64,000 nucleotides of DNA from Mizuhopecten yessoensis (lineage: Eukaryota): NCBI RefSeq assembly GCF_002113885.1, contig NW_018404519.1, forward strand, positions 753,546 through 817,545. The letters run 5' to 3'. The translations under genes and the position numbers were made by a program. The notes below the pieces were generated by a model that was not told the DNA's origin, made no database searches, and saw only the letters and a program-made list of their open reading frames with translations. Shown piece after piece: positions 40,844-57,681 of this stretch (position 1 is its first letter; each line of letters starts with the position of its first letter).

Positions 40844-42552
40844 ACAAGAGGCCCAGAGGGCCTGTATCGCTCACCTGGATACCTATGCAATCATGGCAAA
40901 CTATTCTCCAAATTAGATCAAGGGAATATGCCAGACCCCAAGGCCAATCCTTGTAGCATAGCTATATTAGATTTTTCATGCCCAGCAATTTTATGTATGG
41001 TTATGGGGTGGGGATCTCAACTGTTTCGAAGCTTTGACTCAGAAACTAGGTCCCTATAGTTGTGGCCAGACCCCAGGATCGATTCTAATATTGTGACTGC
41101 ATTTGTCTCTTTTTTTCAAGCATTTGTATATATAGTTTTGGGGTGGGGATCTCAACCGTTTCAAAGTTATGACCCAGGGGCCAAGTCTGCAAGGGTGGGG
41201 CAGACCCTGGGATCAATTCTAATGTCATGACTGCATTCGTCTCTTTATGCCCAACAATTGTATATATAGTTTTGGGGTGGGGATATTAACCATTTCAAAG
41301 TTATGACCCAGGGGTTAAGTCTCCAAGGGTGGGGCAGTCCCCAAGGCCAACCTGGAAGCATATGTGCAATCATCTCTTTATACTCAGCAATTGTATATAT
41401 ACGGTTATAGGGTGGGGCTCTCAACTGTTTCCAAGCTGTGACTAAGAAACTAGGTCCCTAGGGGTTCGGTCAGACCCCAGGGTCTATTCTGATATCATGA
41501 TTGCATTCGTCTCTTTATGCCCAGCATTTGTATATATAGTTTTGGGGTGGGGATCTCAACCGTTTTAAAGTTATGGCCCAGGGACTATGTCTCCAAGGGT
41601 GGGGCCAGACCCTAGGGACATCCTGGAAGCAAATGTGCATTCTTCTCTTTATACTCAGCAATTGTATATATGGTTATATGGTGGGGATCTCAACCATTTC
41701 CAAGTAATACATTTTATTGGCCCCACCCCTTAGCCCGGGGGGTCAGCCCCACCATTTGTACAATTTTGAATCCCTGCCTCCCATGAATACTTCCGACCAA
41801 ATATGATCAATATCCATGGCATAGTTCTGCAGAAGAAGTCATTTATAGCAATATAACCAAATTGCCCCCTTTTGGCCCCGCCCCTCAGCCCCCTGGGGGG
41901 TCAGCCCAACCGTTTGTACAATTTTGAATCTCCACCACCTAGAGATGCTTCCAGTCAAATAAGGTTGATATCCATCACTTAGTTCCAGAGAAGAAGTCAC
42001 TTAAAGCAGTATAGCCAAATACCCTTTTTGGCCCTGCCCCTCAGCCCCCTGGGGGGTCAGCCACACCATTTGTACAATTTTAAATCCCTGCCTCCCAGGA
42101 ATGCTTTTGATCAAATATGATTGATATCCAGTGCACAGTTCTACAGAAGAAGTCGTTTGTAGCAATATAGCCAAATTGCCCCCTTTTGGCCCCGCCCCTT
42201 AGCCCCCTGGGGAGTCAGCCCCACCATTTGTACAATTTTTAATCACCATCACCTAGGGATGCTTCCAGTCAAATATGGTTGATATCCACTTCTTAGTTTC
42301 AGAGAAGAAGTCGCTTAAAGCAATATGGGCAAATTGACCCCTTTTGGCCCCGCCCCTCAGCCCCCTGGGGGGTCAGCCCCATTATTTGTACAATTTTGAA
42401 TCCCCACCACCTAGGGATGCTTCCAGTCAAATTTAGTTTAATTCCAACAAGTGGTTAAGAAGAAGTCGTTTAAAGAAATTGTTTACGTACGTACGGATGG
42501 ACGCCACGGTATGGCATAAGCTCACCTTGGTCCTTTGGACCAGGTGAGCTAA
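40844..42552 (-). mobile_element. Helentron-associated non-autonomous element (HINE/DINE-like) with internal satellite arrays
   Basis: Ends ACAAGAGGCCCAGAGGGCCTGTATCGCTCACCTG ... GCTCACCTTGGTCCTTTGGACCAGGTGAGCTAA (subTIR + palindromes); internal ~157-bp repeats at 41715-42480. Confidence 0.75.
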
Positions 42553-43292
42553 TAAAAGGGGTCAAATCTTCAGAATAACCAAGCTATTTATAGTTTAGGG
42601 TTAGATTAGTCTAGTAGTATGCTGTGGTAAAGTAATACTAAATTAGGTCAAATGATTATGGACAGTACACTTCCAAGGTAATTGGGGTCAAGTATGTTCT
42701 AGTCTTATAACAGATAACCATAAGGGCCAAGATAGTGATATTTGGCATGTAGCATTATGGAATGAATGGTGCTATCAAGTTTGTTCAAATGAACAACCTT
42801 GACCCACATTTTCTTTTTGATTTCAGTCACTATCAAGTTGCAAAAATTCAAATTTTGAAGAACTGGTTTTAGATGACGAAGAGTCATGGGGCTATGTTTA
42901 GTCTATAGCATGCTTGGTATAGTTTTTCAAATGGTAGACCTTGACCTACTTTTAAGGCCACAGAGGTCAATTTCAGAAACAGCCTATGGTATGATAGGTA
43001 TTTGACAAGGTGCTCACTGGTGTGTAGGGCTTTGTTTTCCAAAAGAATGAACAACCTTTAAAGATGCAAGTAAGTAAAATCTACAAACCTAGAGTTTAAC
43101 AATGTGAAGAATAATGACATTCAGCCCATTTATATTAATTTAACCATAGAAGGTCAGCAAAACAGCTCTCAACATATTTTACCCAAGTGATCTTGAAAGT
43201 AGGTCATTTATTTGAGAAAAAAATCACCAAAGCAGCTAATATCGAAATATAATCCCCATTTGTATATCAGGAGAATCCATTCAGAGAAAAAA

Positions 43293-43622
43293 CTAGAAAA
43301 TGTCTGTAAGACATAAATGCCCCCGCTGCCATGTATATTAGTTTCAGTGTTCTACAAAAAGTTACAACCACTTTGATCTTGATACCCTGAAACATGCACA
43401 CACTCAAGGTACTACACTTAAAGTTGATTTTAATATTCATATGTTTCATTCTGTATGTTACTACCATCTCCAGTATACCCATACTTGACCTTTGTATAAA
43501 GTTTGACCAAAATCTGTCAAAGAATGAAGTTGCTCATAAGTGTTTACATTGAATTGGGACGGTACGGGACGGGACGGACATGGGTAACACTATATGCCCC
43601 CCATTTTATGGCGGGGCATAAT
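43293..43622 (-). mobile_element. Short HINE-like element of a second family
   Basis: ATAAATGCCCCCGC subterminal motif, (GGGAC)n microsatellite, terminal palindrome ATGCCCCCC...GCGGGGCAT. Confidence 0.5.
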
Positions 43623-43737
43623 AACAGGCCAACACTAAAGCCACTTAGTGCCATTCCAGCTAATATTATTTACAGTATTAATTACACATGGTGACTTGTA
43701 TGTAAATTTCTTATTGCATACACTTTGGGTGGAAATA

Positions 43738-44515
43738 ACAAGAGGCCCAGAGGGCCTGTATCGCTCACCTGTTTCTTTTGTTAAATGCAACTGACATATA
43801 GGTAACTTAAGACCAAATTTGGTAACTAGAACACAAGACATTTTAACAACTCTTAAACGGTTCTTAAGATATTGTTTGAAACTGAAAATTTTGATTTTAA
43901 AGCTTTTAACCCATATTGACCTTTGAATCCCGATTTGCACTTAAAGTTGACCTTTGACCTCATTACTGTAATGAAGATAACAATTCACACAGCTGGTATA
44001 CATAACATACCTAAGTATCATGACTAGTCCAAATGGTTCTTGGGATATTGTTGTTTGAAGTTTTTAACATATTTGACCCCTGACCTTGAAAGTAGGTCAA
44101 GGTAATTTTAATGAGGAAACTTTAAAGCACTCCATCCCAGGTACCTACTGGCTAAATATCATGACCCTAGGCCTAATGGAACTTGAGAAGGAAATTGTTA
44201 AAGCTTTTAACTAAAGTTGACATTTGACCCACGACTAGCATTTAAAGTTGACCTTTGACCTCATAACTGTAATTGAGAAAAGTATTCGAACTGCTGGTCT
44301 ACATAACATACCCAAGTATCACGACTCTAGTTCAAATGGTTCATAGGATATTGTTGTTTGATTTTTTTTTACATATTTGACCCCTGTGACTTTCAAAGCA
44401 GGTCTAGGTCCTACAGTTCTTCAGAAGAAGTCGTTCAAAAGAAAAAGATAACGGACGGACACCGGACGCCGCAGTCGGCATCAACTCACATGGCCCTTCG
44501 GGCCAGGTGAGCTAA
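43738..44515 (-). mobile_element. HINE-like element (same termini as 40844-42552, different core)
   Basis: Identical ACAAGAGGCCCAGAGGGCCTGTATCGCTCACCTG end; GGCCCTTCGGGCCAGGTGAGCTAA other end; GACGGACGGAC microsatellite. Confidence 0.75.
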
Positions 44516-44909
44516 AAACATTTAGTTAGAATCATGGAGCAGGACGACTATTCTACCGAGAAGCTACATTATTAAATTGACACTGCATTACCAAGGAGCG
44601 TTTTACACCATTTACTGCAGATTAGCAGTTCTTCTCTGAATATTTTAACTGTTGAAGGTTATATTTATCACCATTTTTCTATAAGTTATCGACATATTTT
44701 TCTCTCATTTCATTATTTTCTCCTTGGCCATTTGTTGTGCAAGTTGAATTTTGAAGAACAAGATGTAATCATTTTGATTTTAGCTTAAGGTTATCACTAT
44801 TTTTCAGTCTTCAAGAGATGGTTCTCAATATAAGACAGATCCAAAAAACAAGATTGTCGTCTTGAACTTTGACAATTACTAGACCCATCACAAGAACAAG
44901 ACGGCTGCA

Positions 44910-45152
44910 GGCCTTGGTTGCTGAAAGGTTGGTTAACTTAACTAGTGACAAGTGACAAATTTAAGTTTGCCTTTAAAAAACAGGAATTTTCAAACCAAAA
45001 TAAATTCTCAAAACACATCAATCTGATCGGTCTTAATACAAAATATAACAGTGAAATGATGTCGGATGTTCTGTTCTTGATTTTGTGTTCAAATTTAAAA
45101 CAAAATCCCTAACCACTGGTCAACTTTAACAAACCTTCGAGCAACAGGGCCA
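44910..45152. mobile_element. MITE with GGCC-terminated inverted repeats
   Basis: GGCCTTGGTTGCTGAAAGGTTGGTTAA / TTAACAAACCTTCGAGCAACAGGGCC. Confidence 0.5.
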
Positions 45153-45669
45153 GATGGTCCTCTTAGACACGACAGTTCAAGATTGTTTGTCAGAAAGTAG
45201 CTGCACTGAAGGGATCTTTTGAAGTTTCTATCTAGTTTCCTAGAATTTCTTAGTTGTGCATAATTAATTTTTCAGCTTCAAACGAAAAGCTGATCGTCAC
45301 AAGGCAGGCATCTCAAATATGACCATTCAAGTTTTCTGATGCAATTTTTCAGAAACAAGTCCAAATTTTGCTGAAATTTCAAAAGTTGTTTCTTCCCGTT
45401 CCCTACTTTTGTATATTTTGAGGTTGCACAACACTATTCTATAATCAATAGATGAAATGACAATAAATGTATTATCACTTTTTATCAAAAGTTACCACAG
45501 TGCACATGAAGGACTGGTGACAATGACATGGAATCTAGTTGGTGCAAAAATGTGTTTTTTTCTGTGTGCAGTAATTCTAGTAGATGCAAACAAAACACAG
45601 AATACTGATGTTCTTTAGGTGAGTTTATTTATCTTACAATAAAATAACAAATGTACACATCCACCCAGA

Positions 45670-50142
<4,473 letters not shown>

Positions 50143-50145
50143 GTT

Positions 50146-50340
50146 GAAAAAGGACGGATTTGGGGTTTCCACGTGGTTTGTAAAGTCGTATTTTGCCTTG
50201 TACGCATGTGCAAATATTTAACTTCCGCTGCCCTTAAAATTTACAGGATCCACCAAACGCTTTTTTAAATGAGCGTGGTTTCATAATTATAAAGCTTCCA
50301 TTGACGCAGATATTGCGTGCATAGTTTCACTTCCGCTAAA
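50146..50340. promoter_or_regulatory. Bidirectional RPL23A / RAB34-36 promoter with TCT/5'-TOP initiator
   Basis: Minus-strand TCCTTTTTC directly before AACATG (50154-50146); E-box CACGTG at 50170; NRF1-like TACGCATGTGCA at 50201; ETS-type ACTTCCG at 50221 and 50329. Confidence 0.7.
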
Positions 50341-50543
50341 ATTGCCTCCAGTGTGTGATAAACACTTCGACATTCAGTCATGACTTGGAAACAAATACTG
50401 GGATGAAATAACCAAACAGATTTAAAAACGTACATAATCACCAATCGATTTCGAGCAAGGCAAGTCTAAGAATGTGGATAGCGTTTGTTAGCACGATATT
50501 TCATAGTTATTCAGATAAACTGGGGCTTCTGCCTCAGTTCTAA

Positions 50544-50859
50544 CACAGGGATTCGTTACATGTCATATGTCTAAAATACACATGCTATACAGTACTGATT
50601 ATGGATCACAGTACATATAAGCTTACACTTATGTGTGTGCTGTGGCCCATATCAGTATGTAGCATATAGAGTTCTCCTACCTTGAACGGGGAGGGTCAAC
50701 GGCACCAATGTGTAATAGGACGAGGAATAGTAATACACAGATAGTGCCGTCACTGGGGCTCGAACCCGCGACCTTGGCTCTCCAGTCCGACGCTCTACCG
50801 CTGTGCTGTAAAGCAACCTAATTAATCCACATCTTTTACATTTGTAACGAACCCCTGTG
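50544..50859 (-). mobile_element. tRNA-like LTR + PBS module enclosed by 17-bp inverted repeats
   Basis: IR CACAGGGATTCGTTACA (50544-50560) / TGTAACGAACCCCTGTG (50843-50859). On -, a TG...CA segment (50840-50709) contains a tRNA-like sequence (50814-50745, GGTTCGAGCCC) and is followed immediately by TTGGTGCC. Confidence 0.6.
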
Positions 50860-51861
50860 GTCTATTGTTAGCTTTGTCATGCATATTATATGAAAAATAC
50901 TGCCTTACAGACAAAGTTTTTCTAGTGATGCAGTTTTAACCCTGGGATGTGCTCACTGATTCACCAATTAGTGTGGTCAGTGGCTGAATAGGTTCCCGGT
51001 CACACATTACAAAACATTGGTGTGATGACTAAAATTGTGACAACATATCCTGAGATGTAGAGGAGTTTGGAGACACATAAGGATGGTTGATCATAAAATT
51101 GATAAGTACAAATGGAAAAATTGAACATATGAAAATAAATAGTATAAAAGGATATGCCAAATGAAGTGAGGATGAAATATTGAGGGTATACTCACTATAA
51201 ACATATATACATCTCAATCTGTTTTAACTTTTTGGTATCTGGTTATCTTTCTTCAAAATGCACTATCAAGTCATTTTCAAAATAAGAGCACAATATGTAA
51301 CATGTGAACCTGAAGAATGTATCTGAAAAAATATTTATCTATGACTTGTCAGGAATTGGCACACTAGGCCAAAAAAAAACACTGCTAAAAGTGACATTTT
51401 TGACCTAATTTGTTTTTCAAAATGTTGAATATATCACTCATATTCTTAAAAAGTAGAAACCAAAAAGTTAAGACTGAAATAAATCAAGATCTACAAAAAT
51501 GAACATACTTCAAGATCCACATTTTATCAAGGTATTTTGACATTTAGCATACAATATCTGAGCGATGGATAGCTGGGAAAAAACAGGCAGCAGGCCAAAA
51601 TGACTGGTTCAGTTCCGATTTTGGCTGGTTCAAATCACCTTTTCACATTCTTACATATCTGATATGTAATTTTACAAGTTGGCTGGTTAAAAACGTTAAT
51701 TTATTCTGTTCAAATAGAAGTTACTGAAAAGCCCGGAAATATTAGTAGTTTACTCATTGCAGACCAGATTTTGAGCTGTGATTGATTTTGTAGATTGGTG
51801 TGGGATCTGAAGAGCTTACAAACTACCTGTTGAATTCAGTTTGACATCAACTCCTGTCATC

Positions 51862-54800
51862 ATGTCTGCTGGAAGAACCATACTCTCAAACACAGTGGCC
51901 AAGGATCGGGTTGTCTCAAAATACCCCCAGGTAACAAATCAAATTATTGCCAAGGAAAGGATTGCCTCTGAAACCCCCAGGTAACCTATCAAACACAGTG
52001 TCCAAGGATTGGGTTGTCTCAAAATACCATGTGGTAACATATCAAACAGTCCCCAAGGATATGGTTGTCTCTGAAAACACCCAGGTAACATATCAAACAC
52101 AGTGGCCAAGATAAGGTTGTCTCTAAATACTACCAGTTAACATATCGAACAGGCCCCATGGACAATGTTGTCTCTGAATACCCCCAGGTAACATATCAAA
52201 CAGTCCCCAAGGATATGGTTGTCTCTGAAAACGCCCAGGTAACAAATCAAACACAGTGGCCAAGATAAGGTTGTCTCTAAATACTACCAGTTAACATATC
52301 AAACAGTCCCCATGGACAATGTTGTCTCTGAATACACCCAGGTAACATATCAAACAGTCCCCAAGGACAGGGTTGTCTCTGAATACACCCAGGTAACATA
52401 TCAAACAGTCCCCATGGACTGGGTTCTCTGTGAATACTCCCAGGTAACATATCAAACAGTCCCCATGGACTGTGTTCTCTGTGAATACACCCAGGTAACA
52501 TATCAAACAGTCCCCATGGACAATGTTGTCTCTGAATACACCCAGGTAACATATCAAACAGTCCCCAAGGACTGGGTTCTCTGTGAATACACCCAGGTAA
52601 CATATCAAACACAGTGGCCAAGATAAGGTTATCTCTAAATACTACCAGGTAACATATCAAATACAGTGGCCAAGATCTGCTACTAAGATATAGTAGCAGT
52701 TTAAATCTAAATGTACATCAGTTAATCAAAGTCTGTTTATTTTAAGGTTCAAATTGATTCAGGACAATGAAACTTTTTATTTATCAAATTGAGATTACCA
52801 TATTATTCAAACATTTCCTTTATATTACCAGGCTTTCCATCCCGATGCCACACCCTACCAAAAGATGAATTTTCACCCCAAAGTGAAGACTGCCTGTGCA
52901 GAAAACAGAACTGGAAGAGTTGGGTATGGCTTATTGCGTACAGCTGCCAGTTCATATTTACTAACAGAAAAACAGTAAAGACAGATGATATATAAAATTG
53001 ATGTTAAGTGTGTATGCTAGTAATGAAGTGGAATTCAGTGGTTACAGGAACCTGCAGTGAAATCTGATCATATACACAAGCTTTTATACAGTGTAATAGC
53101 ATCAGTTATAAACATCACATATAGTTTTTGTCTCGCTGCGTCGAAATAGCGAAAGCAAGACTAAGGTGTTGCTTTTCTGGCGGCTTTGGGTTCAACATTA
53201 AGTTTGTGTGTTTAACTTAGTTTTACTAAAACCTTAATTATAAGTGCTAGACCAACCAAGCTTGGACCATCTTAGGTAGTACATCTCAACCAATGCATCA
53301 AATGCTGGATACGGCCTACCTTTCATGGTCCATTGACTTCATCAGCATATCCATCAACATTAAGTTTTTGCGTTTAAGTTAGATTCTCTGATATGTGCAT
53401 TGACTGTCAAAGTGGGGTACAGGCAAGACATATCGATCTGAATGGCTTGTAATATATAAAATGCTTACTACATGTATCACCTATTGTGATGTCATAAGGA
53501 AAGATAGAAGATGTCACAGATCTGTAACAGTTGCAAAACTGGTGGTGTATTCTGTTGGTTTTTCCTGTGTATATGATCACAAAATATGCATTTAACATGC
53601 TTTGTTTGAGTATGTGATAAAAAATGCATTAAATCTCCAACAAACAAATATCAAACTACCATATACAGATTTCAAACTCTGTACTGGGAACACATATCCT
53701 ACTCATTCGTACCTTTTAAAACGAGGAGATCCACCTTAATGCAACGCATGTGACACTCCATTTACAGTGGAACATTTTTTAATAGAATGTTCCAATTTTA
53801 AACACATTCATGATAACTACTTTCGAGTCCCGGATATGAAAACTATTTCAGTTCCCTGGACTTGAAGGCATTATTTAAATATTTGAAAGACATCGGTCTA
53901 TTCTATAGACTCTGATGTCTTTTAACCCATCTTGACGTTTTTGACGTTATATATATCACATAGTCCATATCACCTATTCGTTATCTCTTTTATTATTTTA
54001 ACTCCCTTTTTATTTTGATTATTTACAGATACAATGTGAATGCTTTTAAAAATTAACCTTTTTATCTGATTTTATCTTCGCTACTCACATGTTTGTTAAA
54101 AAAAATAAAAAAATAAAAAAAATCACCATGGCCCTAAATGACCACAGCCGTCGATAGGCCGTTAAACACAAACAAACAAACAAAAATTGAGTATGTGATA
54201 AAAACAATCTCAAATTCATAAGTTTGTTACATAAAAGGCGTATGTAATGGTGGCCTGTTTGAGATCTTCTATCTGTGTTTAATCTGTAAACCTGTAACTA
54301 CCAGACACTATTCAACTATACGTTCCACATTATTATAACTTTCATAACATAACTAGTCTGTCTATATTTGCCCTGTTTGTATTTTATGTAGGTAGGTCGC
54401 TTTGACTTAGATTTTGGTGGACCAACATAATTGTATCGATAAAGTTTGTGCAAACTCCATGGTTAACCCCAGGTTAGTATCAGTAAATACGCCTGCTCTT
54501 CCTAGTAATTATTTTTTTAAGAAATGTTTTACCGATACCACACACACATTTGATGTATTTCTACAATGTTTTCATGTAGATTGAAGATTTGTAAAGCTGT
54601 CCTTGTTGGTGATGTTTCTGTGGGAAAAACAAGTCTGGTCAATAGGTAAGTATAGCGAAACTTAAATTCATGAAAAATTGTTAGTTTAGTAAATAGGTTG
54701 GTAAAGAGAAACAAGGCAAACATTGTTAGTCTAGTCAGATGGTTTCTATATAAACTCTGATGCTAGTAGTCTCATTAGTCTTATCAACAGTTTAGTATAG

Positions 54801-57681
54801 AGAAACAGAAGACAGTGTGTAACTTTTTTTATTTTCAAGGGACTACTCAGCTAAATGTAATACGGTATGTCTAATTTCTTTGGCTAATATCAAATTTTCT
54901 CATTTTTGTTTTTATGAAATTTTCAATGTGTATTGGCTTTTTTTTATCTATTCTTCTTTTCGTTTCAGGTTCTGTCATGATGTGTTTGATAGAGATTACA
55001 AAGCTACCATTGGAGTGGACTTTGAAGTAGAAAAATTCAGCATCCTCTCCATACCCTTCACTCTGCAGATGTAAGATTTGTAGTGCTGACTATAACATAT
55101 TACCTGTACCTCCAAAACGTCAAATGTCAAAATTATTATCACATGATCTCAAATATAACCAAGGGCTCAAATCACCTTTTTTGGCAAAACCAGGGCAGAT
55201 CAGCTGTCCTCAAAGCGGGAATTATCAGAACAGGATATAATTTAGGACTATTAAAGTCCCCATAGGGCAATTATTCTAGTTATAGAGTTACTGTGTTATA
55301 TGCCTTTTCCTTACACACACACACACACCCACACACATATATATATATGTATATTATTACTATGTGTCTTACCATTACAGATGGGACACAGCAGGCCAGG
55401 AAAGATTCAAGTGTATCGCTGCCTCTTACTACCGAGGGGCTAATGGTAAACACTGCATGTACATCATTTATTTGTATTCTGTTATGTTTGAGTAAATGTT
55501 AAGTTTGACACTTACATATTTTTGTCCTATCTAATTAGACGCCCCAAGCCTACTTACAGTGCCCACTTTCACAATTACTTCAGAATCACAGTTTTATCTA
55601 GCCTGATGTTGGCTCTGACATGAGATCTTGTATTTCTCTTTGATACTGTCTAACAAAATGATGAAATCAATAATATCAATTTCTAATTAGAGGAGGTAGT
55701 TTTGGATTTAAAAGTCGATACAAGAAATATTTTTTTAGAAAAAACCACATGGATGCATCTCTATGATCACAAAACAAGAGAAAATATTGAAGTGTTTAAA
55801 AAGATATGTGGTTTGGTATTGTGTTACTGTCAGCCATAACAGGATCTATTGATCCTTCCGTGTAGTAAATCTGATGTCCCCTTTGTTACAGTGGTGGTGG
55901 TAGTGTTTGACCTGTCTGACGAGATGTCCCTGTCCAATGCTGCTAAGTGGATGCATGATGCCTCTGAGAGTGCTAGTGAACCAGTGAAGCTGCTGGTGGG
56001 CTGCAAAAAAGACATCATGGTAGGTTTCCATGCTTCCTGTCAACTTTATATGAAACGTGACCAGATACTGTTCTGATTGCATTAATACAGGATTAAGTTA
56101 ACGATAAACAAATCTCAATGGATTACAATAGGTTAAATTAAATGTCGTAAAATGTTTATACAAGTGATTTGGTTGGACAAGAAAGGGTGCAATTTTGTGT
56201 TAAATCTTTACATCGTTTTTCAAAAGTATTCAGATAACATTGTATTTCAGGATAAGTGTAATATATTATTACAGTATTGGTATTGTATTTCAGCCTGATG
56301 CTGGGTATGAAGCTGTGGAGAGGCGGGCAGCAGACATTGCCAATAGTCTTGGGGCCGAGTACTGGGCAGTCTCCTCTAAAACAGGTATATATACAGCTGA
56401 AACCTCAGACTTAAATGTTATGGTTAAACCAGACATTAGACAAAACCGGAGTAATCCAAGCTCTGAAAATCTAGATAATTTGAGTATTCATGCTTTTACA
56501 CACATATTTGCACATTTATTTTATTATGATAATTACACCAGAAGTTCAAATTATGGTATTTGCAGATATTGGTTGACATGTCTTCTGTTAACTCTCCTTC
56601 CTCTCCAAATACAGTCGGTAAATACCTGGTTACTTTCACCAATTATGATATATATACTCTTTTCAGGTGAGAATGTGAAGGACTTCTTCTTCCGGGCAGT
56701 ATCTCTGACATTTGAAGCAGCTGTCTTGAGGGAGGTTGACACCGACAATTCACAGCCATCCAAACAGATTGGCAATGACTTTATACGTAAGTAATTTGTC
56801 TGACAACGATTTCATACCTAAGTAATTTGTCTGACAATGATTTCATACGTAAGTAGTTTGTCTGACAATGATTTCATACGCAAATAATTTGTCTGACAAT
56901 GATTTCATATGTAAGTAATTTGTCTGACAATGATTTCATATGTAAGTAATTTGTCTGACAATGATTTCATACGTAAGTAATTTGTCTGACAATGACTTCA
57001 TACGTAAGTAATTTGTCTGACAACGATTTCATACGTAAGTAATTTGTCTGACAATGATTTCATACGCAAGTAGTTTGTCTGACAATGATTTCATACGTAA
57101 GTAATTTGTCTGAGAATGACTTCATATGTAAGTAATTTGTCTGACAATGATTTTAACAAATAACAAGTCTATAGACAACTGTAAATGTATTAAACACAAT
57201 TTCTTGATGTTTTATCAAAAAGCAAAAACGGTCCCAAATTTCCTGAAATATTAGTTCTTCGGTACGATATTTAAATAATTTTTGCTAAAATAACACCTTT
57301 ACTATCTGTAGTATTTTAAATGTTGAAGTCTGCCCTTTACACTTACTAAGAGAAGAGTAGGGAAGTAATTTCCTGTATTTGATTTTATTGTGTTTTATGC
57401 ATGGTTAGGATGTACATACTATCATATATCTGACACATTCTCTACAAAAAATGCTGTAAAATACACCATGTTTATGAAAGTAAAATAACAGCAGGATAAA
57501 ATTATATTGAAGACCTTCGGTTTTACTTTCAATTTGTGTTCAATATTGCATAAACTTTCTTTACCATAATGAAATTTACACAGCATTATTTTCATGTTTA
57601 CCTTCATTTCCAGGAGTGGAGAAGGACAATTTATATGAAAGGAAGAAAAAGAAAGGTATAAACAAATGTTGTGAAGCGTGA
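51862..57681 (+). CDS. RAB34: Ras-related GTPase Rab34/Rab36 family, 9 coding exons, 266 aa
   Basis: Exons 51862-51930, 52832-52923, 54580-54645, 54969-55070, 55381-55445, 55892-56019, 56294-56384, 56667-56786, 57614-57681 (801 nt). Motifs: DRVV..YPQ...FHPKV..AC..RTG N-terminus typical of Rab34/36; GDVSVGKT; YKATIGVDFEVE; WDTAGQERFKCIA; GCKKD; AEYWAVSSKTGENV; C-terminal KKKKGINKCCEA. Probably the single pro-ortholog of vertebrate RAB34 and RAB36. Confidence 0.95.
51886..52676 (+). repeat. ~51-bp minisatellite x~15 spanning the first coding-exon donor of RAB34/36
   Basis: Unit CAAACAGTCCCCAAGGACAGGGTTGTCTCTGAATACACCCAG|GTAACATAT, derived from the last ~44 nt of the exon. Confidence 0.97.
53125..53400 (+). 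mobile_element. Degenerate HINE-like fragment
   Basis: TTTTGTCTCGC...GCGAAAGCAAGAC palindromic head followed by GGCGGC. Confidence 0.35.
56770..57152 (+). repeat. 31-bp minisatellite x~12 spanning the penultimate-exon donor of RAB34/36
   Basis: Unit TGACAATGATTTCATAC|GTAAGTAATTTGTC; the first unit starts 17 nt inside the exon. Confidence 0.97.

Noticed and set aside
52277-52660. Minus-strand repetitive ORFs
   Set aside because: Antisense translations of the 51-bp donor-spanning repeat.
56240-56794. 184-aa ORF as a single exon
   Set aside because: Two Rab exons joined by an open 282-nt intron with clear GT/AG sites; the intervening peptide has no Rab similarity, although in-frame retention is formally possible.
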